A program made the position numbers and the translations under genes. A DNA stretch of 44,973 bases from Candidatus Bathyarchaeota archaeon (GTDB lineage Archaea; Thermoproteota; Bathyarchaeia; Bathyarchaeales; DTEX01). The stretch spans positions 1 through 44,973 of the forward strand of contig JAGTQA010000010.1 in the NCBI GenBank assembly GCA_018396975.1, read 5' to 3'. Positions 1-8,189 of this stretch are shown piece by piece (the stretch's first letter is position 1; the number at the start of each line of letters is the position of its first letter). The notes under the pieces were generated by a model that saw only the letters and a list, made by a program, of their open reading frames with translations, was not told the DNA's origin and searched no databases.

Positions 1-63
1 TTTCTTCCCTATAAACCTTGAAGTTATTGGGAGATTTAATTTTTGCGTAGGCGTTTCTGCCAT
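1..63 (-). CDS. Possible 5' end of a gene running off the window (MAETPTQKLNLPITSRFIGKK...)
   Basis: ATG at 63 on the minus strand, 21 codons open to the window edge, AT-rich TATA-like sequence about 30 nt upstream; no family recognisable. Confidence 0.25.
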   Translation of the reverse strand, partial: MAETPTQKLNLPITSRFIGKK

Positions 64-143
64 GGATATGCTTATAAGTTTCGGCATTCATCTTTAATAT
101 TGCCTTCGCCATCTTATGGTGGCTAGAGGCTGATTAGAGGGCG

Positions 144-644
144 ATGAGCAGCTCGAAAGGCTCGTATAAAACTATTAGTCTCCTAGATGTTATATCATGT
201 ATTTTTGAGGATGGCGGATACTTTGGTGATCTCCCAGTTGGTGTTGAGGCTGTTGAGGTAATGACACCTGAGTCGATTAGAATCATGTTTATTGATAGGG
301 TTGATTATAACTTATTCTGTAGATTAGCTATTGAGGATGGGTATACCATCGATTCCGGGAGCTACTCGCCCAGAATAGTTTATAGGGGAAATATTGTTGC
401 TAGAGTCGGCAGCAAATCCGATCCGGGCGCGGATCGTAACATATTTGTCTATATATTTCCATCGTCGATAGGGGCCATGAGCACATATATGAGGGCAGCT
501 GCCATAAGATATGGAATCCTAAACCCCACAACCAATAGGATAAACATGGAAAAACTCCTAAAATACAACTTGAAGGTTATAGGACTCGTTGAGAAGTATA
601 GAAAGAGCAGATATCAAAATTTAATAAGCAAATTGAATCTTTAA
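144..644 (+). CDS. Hypothetical protein, 166 aa
   Basis: Clean ORF with GAGGG just before the ATG and normal codon style; no motif recognised. Confidence 0.7.
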   Translation: MSSSKGSYKTISLLDVISCIFEDGGYFGDLPVGVEAVEVMTPESIRIMFIDRVDYNLFCRLAIEDGYTIDSGSYSPRIVYRGNIVARVGSKSDPGADRNIFVYIFPSSIGAMSTYMRAAAIRYGILNPTTNRINMEKLLKYNLKVIGLVEKYRKSRYQNLISKLNL

Positions 645-657
645 GTCTTCCGCCGGG

Positions 658-672
658 CGAAAAACATATATT
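658..672 (+). promoter_or_regulatory. Putative BRE/TATA promoter of tRNA-Tyr
   Basis: CGAAAA followed by CATATATT about 27-34 nt upstream of the tRNA 5' end. Confidence 0.5.
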
Positions 673-698
673 TGCTTTCTCATAGCTTGTTTTTGGGT

Positions 699-858
699 CG
701 GGCGGTAGCTCAGCCTGGTAGAGCTTCCGAACCAGTCAATCCAGCAAAGATTGGCTGGTGGAGATGCTGTAGGCGCCTACTGCTTAGTAGGTGCCGCTCA
801 GCCTACCAGGCGCACAGAAACCGGAGTGTCGCAGGTTCAAATCCTGCCCGCCCGACCA
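699..858 (+). tRNA. tRNA-Tyr(GTA) with two introns (730-765 at position 30/31; 773-819 at 37/38), CCA encoded
   Basis: Joined exons give CGGGCGG TA GCTC AGCCTGGTA GAGC T TCCGG CTGTAGA CCGGA GTGTC GCAGG TTCAAAT CCTGC CCGCCCG A CCA, a complete cloverleaf with C1:G72 and A73 (archaeal Tyr identity elements); BHB/BHL motifs at both intron junctions. Confidence 0.92.
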
Positions 859-900
859 CTAAATTGTTGTTATTGATGATGGATGTTTTGACGTTAACCC

Positions 901-1362
901 TTAGAACTCGAATTTCTCATATCGCCACATTACTGTTTCATTCTCTCTTAGGATATATTTGTCACATGCAACCGGTCCCAGATCCCAATCGCCCTTCTCA
1001 GGGTTCCATGTATACCACATCCAGTATTTGTTGGGTTCGCCGCCTACACCATTTATGCTCGTCACGAACTCGCCCATTTCCGGATAGGATATGCTCTCAA
1101 CGCTGGCAACAATCTTAGTTGCAAAGAAAAGGGAGGATTCTCTGGGAACCAGTGTGCTATTATACCACATCCTTGTTTCATTTCCATAGTCTATCAAGAT
1201 ATTTACTGGCATCGTAAGTCTCTTTAGATCGGAGGAAGCCCTTTCATAGAGAGCCTTGTAGTAGGCGCTCTCATTATAATAGTATATTGCGAGGTATGCT
1301 GCCACGATTAGGAGGCATAGAAGCCCTAAAGAGACCCACATCCACGGGCTTTTTCCATTCAT
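901..1362 (-). CDS. Membrane-anchored DUF4430 (transcobalamin C-terminal-like) domain protein
   Basis: N-terminal TM helix, short coiled coil, then G-E-F-V-T-S-I-N-G-V...YWMWY...G..ACDKYILRENETVMWRY pattern typical of DUF4430. Confidence 0.8.
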   Translation of the reverse strand: MNGKSPWMWVSLGLLCLLIVAAYLAIYYYNESAYYKALYERASSDLKRLTMPVNILIDYGNETRMWYNSTLVPRESSLFFATKIVASVESISYPEMGEFVTSINGVGGEPNKYWMWYTWNPEKGDWDLGPVACDKYILRENETVMWRYEKFEF

Positions 1363-1949
1363 ATCTTTCTCTCACCTCCTTCAAACATTATCTTCTTAAT
1401 TGATGTGACTAGGATGCTACAGCCAAAGAAGAAGAAAAAGAAATTTGATATCTCATGGGCTAATGCAAATGGTGCACCTTGTATTATAGCCATTATTGGT
1501 GGGAGACCAACTATTACTACGGATACAATATTAGTGAATAAGTCGTAAATGAAGGTTAAGAAGAAACCTATTATACCAAATTTTAGGTTCGTCCACCAAA
1601 AAGCCTCATCATCCAACTTAATGGATGGTAGGTTCGAGCCTAACCCAAATTTGGCGGAGAGCCATCCGACAAGCCCATATATGCTTTCGCCCAAGCATGT
1701 TGCTCCAAGAATAACAAGGTTAAAGCCATATGGGTTTAGGGTTCCATAGACAAGCCACGTTAAAATGCCAACCATGATGCCCGGAATAGCACCCATCAAA
1801 TATCCGCTAATAAAGACGAATAGATCCATGAACTTGATATTAGGGATTCCAATCATGGCATAGTTTGAGGATAAATTTATTGCAACTATCGTAACAATTA
1901 AACTTAGAGTTCTAGTCGAGAATAATTGTCTAGACGGTTCCGCCCTCAT
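1359..1949 (-). CDS. ECF transporter S component (CbrT-like, probably cobalamin)
   Basis: About 6 TM helices, IPNIKFMDLFVF motif resembling CbrT-type PN(V/I)x signature, HEISN near the C-terminus; ATG at 1949 preferred because a TATA lies about 35-40 nt upstream; 4-nt overlap with the DUF4430 gene. Confidence 0.75.
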   Translation of the reverse strand: MRAEPSRQLFSTRTLSLIVTIVAINLSSNYAMIGIPNIKFMDLFVFISGYLMGAIPGIMVGILTWLVYGTLNPYGFNLVILGATCLGESIYGLVGWLSAKFGLGSNLPSIKLDDEAFWWTNLKFGIIGFFLTFIYDLFTNIVSVVIVGLPPIMAIIQGAPFALAHEISNFFFFFFGCSILVTSIKKIMFEGGERKI

Positions 1950-2065
1950 TGGATCACTATTATGGTTGGATAATCCATCCAATATATAAGCCTTATCTCT
2001 TTCTATAAACGCTAACTTATTAAGCAATCGCCTCTCCCTTAAAATTAAGAGGACGGAGGATTTTG

Positions 2066-2929
2066 ATGGCTGAAGATTTGAGGCGTAAGGTTGCTGATCT
2101 AGAGAGGGAGGCTAGCGCTTTAAGGGCTGAGTTGGAGGGATTAGAGGGGGATGCTCGTAAGCTTGCTGAGGAGAGGGATCGCATAAATAGTAGGGTTAGA
2201 GAATTGAGACATGAGGCTGCGAAGTTTAAGGGTGAACGTGACGCCTTAAATGAGGAGGTTAAGAGCTTAAAGGCTATAATATATGAGCTTAAACGCGAGT
2301 ATAACGAGAGGATTCATGCCTTTAGGGAACTAGGGCAGAGGATTAGGGAGCATTTGAGGAGCAAACCCCCTAGAGATGAGGAGAGCTTAATGAGGGAAAT
2401 TGCCGAAATAGACTGGAAGATTCAGACAACTCCGCTATCCATTGAGGAAGAGAGGAAACTTATTGAGCGAGTTAAGTCCTTGGAGTCTCAGCTCTCTTTT
2501 TATCGCAGATTAAATAGCATGATTGCTGAAAGAGAGGGACTTAAGAGGAGATTGGATGAGATTAAGGGTGAGATTGCTTCATTCAGGGAGAGAGTTTCTG
2601 AGGTCGCTGCTAAGAGCCAGAGCTTTCATGAGAAGATGATTGAGTGTCTTAAGAGGGCGGATGAGTTGAGGGCTGAGACTGACAAAATACATGAGAAGTA
2701 TAGGGCTGTTAAGGAGAGGGCTAACACCATACGCCTCAGATATAGGGAATTGCTCAACCAAATCTCCGACATAAAAAGGCTTATCCGTGAGGAGGAAGAT
2801 AGGAAAAGAGCTGAAGCCATATCCGTCCTTAAGGAGAAGATTAGTAGGGAGGCTTTGGAGAAGCTTAAGCGCGGAGAGAAGATCTCCTTTGATGAGTTTA
2901 AGATTTTGGCCGAGCAGGGCAAGATATGA
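2066..2929 (+). CDS. Archaeal coiled-coil protein (COG1340-like)
   Basis: Continuous heptads, EIDWKIQTTPLSIEEERKLIERVKSLE core and C-terminal EKLKRGEKISFDE. Confidence 0.8.
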   Translation: MAEDLRRKVADLEREASALRAELEGLEGDARKLAEERDRINSRVRELRHEAAKFKGERDALNEEVKSLKAIIYELKREYNERIHAFRELGQRIREHLRSKPPRDEESLMREIAEIDWKIQTTPLSIEEERKLIERVKSLESQLSFYRRLNSMIAEREGLKRRLDEIKGEIASFRERVSEVAAKSQSFHEKMIECLKRADELRAETDKIHEKYRAVKERANTIRLRYRELLNQISDIKRLIREEEDRKRAEAISVLKEKISREALEKLKRGEKISFDEFKILAEQGKI

Positions 2930-3016
2930 GAGGATAAATACCTAACTAATATGTGGAGTTAAACTTTATCTTTGAGAAAAGCCAAGTTATATTTGCTGTT
3001 TTATGGGAGAAAGTTG

Positions 3017-4243
3017 ATGCCCGATCAAGAGAAGCAGGTGCTGGGGGAAGAACGCATACTAATAGTTTGTGTTGATAGGGATAATGATATTGGTAGAAAG
3101 GCCGGTGTTAAAACACCGATTATTGGCAAGAAGGAGAATATTGACGCAGCCCTCAAGCTTTTGCTTGCGGATCCAGAAGAGGCGGACGCCAATGCCATGT
3201 TTGAGGCTGTTAGGATATGCGAGAGCCTAGAGAAGAGCGGTGCTAGTAACCTTTCATGTCAGGTTGTAACTATTGCTGGATCCGAGCTCGGCGGCATAGC
3301 TGCTGATAGGAAATTAATATCCGAGCTTAATGAGGCCTTAAATGAGTTTAAGCCCAGCAGCCTAATTCTCGTTACAGATGGATTCTCGGATAAGGATGTT
3401 TTGCCCCTGATACAGTCTAGGGTGCCAGTCACCTCGGTTAGGAGAGTCATTGTGAAGCATAGTGAGACGATAGAGGAGACGGCCGCCCTATTCTCCAAGT
3501 ATCTAAGGAAGATAGTTGAGGATCCAAGGTATTCCCGGCTCTTTATGGGTTTGCCGGGCATCCTACTAATAATGCTCGGCATCCTATCTTTCCTAGCGGT
3601 ATTTATACGCTATGATATTGGCACATGGGCTTGGATTGTCGGCCTAATAATTGTTGGAAGCTATCTGCTTGGCAAGGGCTATGGGCTGGATAAGAAAATA
3701 GCCTCGGCAATCTCAAGAATATCGTCGCCCCATGAGTTAGTAACCGGACTATCGCTTATATTTGGCATCGTATTAATCATAGTGGGTCTCTATCAATCCA
3801 TCTCCCAAATAATCTCAAATCCCAATATTATCCCAAGTCCCCCACCAAGCAATTTAGATGTTTGGCTGGGCCTCATACCCAAAATCCTAGGGCTAATTAT
3901 CTCCTCATCACTAACAATAGTTATTGTCGGAATCTCAATAATGCTATTTGGCAGGGCCCTCCGCTATATTCTTGAACGTGATTCCAAATTCTGGAGGACT
4001 ACAATTTTTATCGTTGTTAGTGCATGGTCATGGAAGATCTTTGATGAGGTAGCCCAGATACTGATTGATCCATCAGTACCAATAGATGGCCTAATAGCGT
4101 CTATTATTATTGGCGTGGTGATAGCGGCGGCCCTAATACCAGTCACACACTTTTTAAGTAGGAGATATAAGGGGTTCTTTAGGGAAAGTATTAAGGTGGA
4201 GAATAAGACAGAGAATACTACCGGAATGGAGAAGGAAGGGTAA
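3017..4243 (+). CDS. DUF373 family membrane protein (COG2237)
   Basis: LIVCVDRDNDIGRK...ADPEEADAN...LVTDG N-terminal domain followed by multiple TM helices. Confidence 0.88.
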   Translation: MPDQEKQVLGEERILIVCVDRDNDIGRKAGVKTPIIGKKENIDAALKLLLADPEEADANAMFEAVRICESLEKSGASNLSCQVVTIAGSELGGIAADRKLISELNEALNEFKPSSLILVTDGFSDKDVLPLIQSRVPVTSVRRVIVKHSETIEETAALFSKYLRKIVEDPRYSRLFMGLPGILLIMLGILSFLAVFIRYDIGTWAWIVGLIIVGSYLLGKGYGLDKKIASAISRISSPHELVTGLSLIFGIVLIIVGLYQSISQIISNPNIIPSPPPSNLDVWLGLIPKILGLIISSSLTIVIVGISIMLFGRALRYILERDSKFWRTTIFIVVSAWSWKIFDEVAQILIDPSVPIDGLIASIIIGVVIAAALIPVTHFLSRRYKGFFRESIKVENKTENTTGMEKEG

Positions 4244-4246
4244 TAG

Positions 4247-5041
4247 ATGCGCTTAAGCGATCGGATTGCTGAGGTTGCGGTTATAGGTGGCACTGGCCTA
4301 GAGGATCTATTTGAGGGCTTCGAAACCGTTAATGTTGGGACGCCGTATGGAATATCACATACGCTGTCTATTGGCGAGATTGGAGGTAGGAGGGTTGCAT
4401 TTCTCCCTAGGCATGGGCGCAAGCATAGTATTCCACCACACAAGATCAATTATAGAGCAAACATGTACGCGCTGTATAAGATTGGTGTCGAGAGGATTAT
4501 AGCGACAAATGCTGTTGGTGCGATAAACATAAACTTTAGGCCCGGAGACTTAGTTGTTCCACATGATATAATAGACTTTACTAGACAGCGCCACCTAACA
4601 TTCTATGATCAATCCCCCGTCATACACGTCGACTTCACCGAGCCATACTGCCCGGAGATCCGTGGAATCCTGATAGAGGTGGCTAGAGGGGTTGCCGGCA
4701 CCGTTCACGAGCAGGCTGTTTACGTCTGCACTGAGGGGCCTCGCTTTGAGACCCCCGCCGAGATAAGGATGTTTAGGGCTTTAGGCTGTGATGTTGTTGG
4801 TATGACTGGTATGCCGGAGGCTGTTCTCGCACGTGAACTTGGAATCTGTTATGCGACAATATGCTTCGTTTCTAACATGGCTGCTGGAATATCTGGTAAG
4901 CTGACGTATGAAGAAGTTATTGAGACCTCGAAGATTGTCATGCCGAAGATTCGGAGGATTATAGTGGAGGCGGTGGGCTCCCTGCCAAGGGTTAGGGGGT
5001 GCCAATGCTCCTCGGTCAATAAACCTCGGTCGGGAGGTTAG
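4247..5041 (+). CDS. mtnP: MTAP-family purine nucleoside phosphorylase (probably 6-oxopurine or methylthioinosine specific)
   Basis: IGGTG, FLPRHG, PPHKINYRAN, EGPRFETPAE and GMT motifs; SNMAAG at the specificity site. Confidence 0.88.
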   Translation: MRLSDRIAEVAVIGGTGLEDLFEGFETVNVGTPYGISHTLSIGEIGGRRVAFLPRHGRKHSIPPHKINYRANMYALYKIGVERIIATNAVGAININFRPGDLVVPHDIIDFTRQRHLTFYDQSPVIHVDFTEPYCPEIRGILIEVARGVAGTVHEQAVYVCTEGPRFETPAEIRMFRALGCDVVGMTGMPEAVLARELGICYATICFVSNMAAGISGKLTYEEVIETSKIVMPKIRRIIVEAVGSLPRVRGCQCSSVNKPRSGG

Positions 5042-5049
5042 ATGTAGGG

Positions 5050-5832
5050 ATGCTTAGGACCATCCTATCGTTGCTCGGCATATACAAGATTTATGAGAAG
5101 TGGCTCTGGCATCAAATAAAGGATCAGGAGAAGCCGGAGCATGTCGCCATAATACTTGATGGGAACCGCAGGTGGGCTCGGGAGATCGGCCTTGAGCCTT
5201 GGATGGGACATTATTATGGGGCTGATAAAACCAAGGATGTGCTGAGATGGTGTCTCGATCTCAATGTTAAGAGCGTAACGCTCTATGCCTTCTCAACAGA
5301 GAACTTTCATAGACCTAGGGAGGAAGTTGAGAGACTCATGAATCTATTTAAGGAGAAGCTCCAAGAGATCCTAAATAATGAGTATATACATAAGCATAGG
5401 GTTAGGGTTAAGGTTATTGGAAGGGTTAATCTGCTCCCACCTGACCTACAGAATATAATAAGGAGGGTTGAGGAGGAGACTAAGGATTACAATGATCACT
5501 TTTTGAACTTGGCGATAGCTTATGGTGGGAGGGCTGAGATTATTGATGCAGCTAGAAGGATAGCCCAGAAGGTGGCTTCCGGCGAGCTCTCACCTGATGA
5601 TATAAATGAGGATGTTTTTGAGAGGCACTTATATACGTCCTTCCTACCTAAGCAGGATCCAGACCTAATTATAAGAACTTCTGGTGAGGAGCGTTTAAGC
5701 GGCTTTTTACTATATCAGGCAGCCTATAGCGAGCTATGCTTTCTGGATGTTTATTGGCCTGAATTTAGGCGCATAGATCTTTTAAGGGCCATTAGAACTT
5801 ATCAGAGGCGTAGGAGGAGGTTTGGTAGGTAG
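5050..5832 (+). CDS. uppS: cis-polyprenyl diphosphate synthase
   Basis: HVAIILDGNRRWA, YAFSTENF, YGGRAEI and DLIIRTSGEERLSGFL motifs, C-terminal RRFG. Confidence 0.95.
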   Translation: MLRTILSLLGIYKIYEKWLWHQIKDQEKPEHVAIILDGNRRWAREIGLEPWMGHYYGADKTKDVLRWCLDLNVKSVTLYAFSTENFHRPREEVERLMNLFKEKLQEILNNEYIHKHRVRVKVIGRVNLLPPDLQNIIRRVEEETKDYNDHFLNLAIAYGGRAEIIDAARRIAQKVASGELSPDDINEDVFERHLYTSFLPKQDPDLIIRTSGEERLSGFLLYQAAYSELCFLDVYWPEFRRIDLLRAIRTYQRRRRRFGR

Positions 5833-5836
5833 GCTA

Positions 5837-7042
5837 TTAGGCCCTCTTCTTCGCGCTCACAATAGATATGACATCTCTATCTTTGAGGATGTAGTCTTCT
5901 CCAAGCCTCCTTTTTGTCCTCGCATCTATGGCGTAAATGAAGCCCTCGCCGAGTTCCGTATGGATCATGTAGGCCAGCTCCCTCGCCGTTGTATTGCCCG
6001 GCACAAGCCTAGCCTCCGGTAGAACCCTACCATAATGGTCGGTGAGTTTCTCCGGATCCTCAACTGGGTAAACAACCACCATGCCTAAAAGATCCTTAAA
6101 GGCTGCGTTTATGGCATCTTGAACACCAGTGGACCCATATCGGTCTAAGATTTTCTCTCTAATTGTTTTAAGAGCACTCATCTGTTTATCCGTGATCTTT
6201 GTTGGGTCGGGTATTTCGAAGTCCGATTCGCCCGGCACATAATTAATTAGGCCCCTCTCAGCAGCCCTTCTAAGAGCCAGCTCAGCCTCAGCGCAGCATG
6301 GCACAACAATATAGCCCGTCTCCCTAAGCCTCTTAAGGTTCTCCTCGGCGAATGGCAGATCCATCTTGTTCGCTGCTATAAGCATGGGCTTCGATATTCT
6401 CCTAAGCACATCCACGAACCTTAGGAATTCTTCCTCACTCCATCTAGTTGGCTTATCGGCATTCAAGCCCGTAATCTTCAAGGCTTCTAGGACATGCCTC
6501 CTCTTTATGGCGAGCCCGCTTAGCCGCTCCTCTAGGAGGGATGTTAGGCCAGCCGCTCCCGACTCAACGGTTCTTGCAAGCCTAGGCCAGTCCCTCCTAA
6601 TTATCTGGGCGAGCCACATCGTAAGCTCCTTCTCTAGGAACCTCACGTCCTCTAGGGGGTCATGCATACCTGGCTTAACAATTCTACCCTCAATGTCTGT
6701 TGAGCCCGATGCATCGACGACGTGTATTAGGGCATCGGCCTTCCTAATCTCATCTAGGAACTGATTTCCTAGGCCCCTACCCTGCCATGCGTCTGGGACT
6801 AGGCCTGCGCAGTCTATTAGCTCAACCGGTATGAACCTTACGCCGCCTATACATGTTGAGTTAACTGGGTTATCCTTTACATTGAATTCCCTACATACGC
6901 ATTCTGTCTTGAAGTAGCCTACGCCCCTATTGGGCTTTATCGTCGTGAAGGGGTAGCTGGCAATCTCAACCATTGCTAGAGTCGCGGCGCTGAAGAATGT
7001 TGACTTACCAACATTGGGCTTACCAACGATTCCAACCATCAT
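5837..7042 (-). CDS. ychF: YchF/Obg-family ATPase/GTPase with TGS domain
   Basis: GKPNVGKST, YPFTTI, DCAGLV and NKMD motifs, C-terminal TGS-like domain. Confidence 0.93.
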   Translation of the reverse strand: MMVGIVGKPNVGKSTFFSAATLAMVEIASYPFTTIKPNRGVGYFKTECVCREFNVKDNPVNSTCIGGVRFIPVELIDCAGLVPDAWQGRGLGNQFLDEIRKADALIHVVDASGSTDIEGRIVKPGMHDPLEDVRFLEKELTMWLAQIIRRDWPRLARTVESGAAGLTSLLEERLSGLAIKRRHVLEALKITGLNADKPTRWSEEEFLRFVDVLRRISKPMLIAANKMDLPFAEENLKRLRETGYIVVPCCAEAELALRRAAERGLINYVPGESDFEIPDPTKITDKQMSALKTIREKILDRYGSTGVQDAINAAFKDLLGMVVVYPVEDPEKLTDHYGRVLPEARLVPGNTTARELAYMIHTELGEGFIYAIDARTKRRLGEDYILKDRDVISIVSAKKRA

Positions 7043-7173
7043 ACGATAGGTCTTCCTCCAAAATATAACATGATAATTAACCTAATGAGTCTTCTTATTC
7101 CGGCAATGGGATACTTAAGAAATGCTTATTTAGATTATCCTTTAAGTCTCTAGAGGAGTGGGGGATAGGCGCA

Positions 7174-8163
7174 GTGGACTATGCTATAGCAACCCTTGGA
7201 AGCCACTCCGCGCTCCAGATACTGAAGGGCGCTAAGGATGAGGGTTTTAGAACCATTGCCGTTTGCAGAAGCGACCATGCATTCGTCTATAGGCACTTTG
7301 GGGTTGCAGATGAGATAATTGAGATACCATCCTACGACGACTTCTACAGGGTTGAGGATGATCTGGTAAGTAAGAATGCCATCCTAATCCCACATGCATC
7401 CCTAATAGCCTACGTCAATCTTAAGACGATCGAGGAGATGAGGGTGCTCTATTATGGTAATAGGAGGATACTTTATTGGGAGAGCGATAGGGATAGGCAG
7501 AGGATGTGGCTGGAAAGGGCTGGGCTAAACCTGCCAAAGGTCTTTAAGGATCCATCTGAGATAGATAGGCTCGTCATAGTTAAGTTTCAGGGGGCTAGAG
7601 GCGGCCAAGGATATTTCTTAGCTAAGAGCGAGCGGGAATTTAGGCGTAAGATTGGGTCAGCACGCGATTACACCATACAAGAGTATGTTGTTGGGATACC
7701 GGTCTATATCCACTATTTTTACTCAGTTATTCGCGGCGAACTCGAACTCATGGGGTTTGATAGGCGCTATGAATCGAATGTTGATGGAATTGGTAGGATA
7801 CCAGCCAACCTCCAGCGGGATCTGAAGGTGACCTATACTATCGTCGGGAACTTTCCGCTAATGCTCCGCGAGTCCCTCCTACCCGAAGTCTTCAGGATAG
7901 GAGAGAGGGTTGTTGAGGCCTCTAGGGATATATGTCCACCGGGCATATATGGGCCTTTCTGCCTAGAGACGGTTGTAACCCCAGACCTAAAATTCTATGT
8001 TTTCGAGATATCGGCTAGAATCGTTGCTGGAACAAATGTTTTCATCGAGACTTCACCATATGCCCTCATAAAGCATGGTAGGCCGATGAGCACTGGGCGT
8101 AGGATAGCCGTTGAGATTAAGGAGGCTATAGAGCAGGATAGGTTAAAGGAAATATTGGGGTAG
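7174..8163 (+). CDS. purP: Formate-dependent FAICAR synthetase PurP
   Basis: IATLGSHSALQILKGAKDEGF, DRRYESNVDG and FEISARIVAGTN motifs. Confidence 0.93.
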   Translation: MDYAIATLGSHSALQILKGAKDEGFRTIAVCRSDHAFVYRHFGVADEIIEIPSYDDFYRVEDDLVSKNAILIPHASLIAYVNLKTIEEMRVLYYGNRRILYWESDRDRQRMWLERAGLNLPKVFKDPSEIDRLVIVKFQGARGGQGYFLAKSEREFRRKIGSARDYTIQEYVVGIPVYIHYFYSVIRGELELMGFDRRYESNVDGIGRIPANLQRDLKVTYTIVGNFPLMLRESLLPEVFRIGERVVEASRDICPPGIYGPFCLETVVTPDLKFYVFEISARIVAGTNVFIETSPYALIKHGRPMSTGRRIAVEIKEAIEQDRLKEILG

Positions 8164-8189
8164 GAGCATAATATTCTCGGTGGTATCTA

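Noticed and set aside
773-819. Possible third, nested intron inside tRNA intron 2
   Set aside because: I could not build a 4-bp helix with two 3-nt bulges inside the intron; two introns already give a complete tRNA
831-900. tRNA 3' end as an integration (att) site
   Set aside because: No duplicate of the tRNA 3' end and no integrase noticed in the window
672-1118. 148-aa plus-strand ORF
   Set aside because: Runs through the tRNA gene and antisense to the DUF4430 gene; no protein-like features
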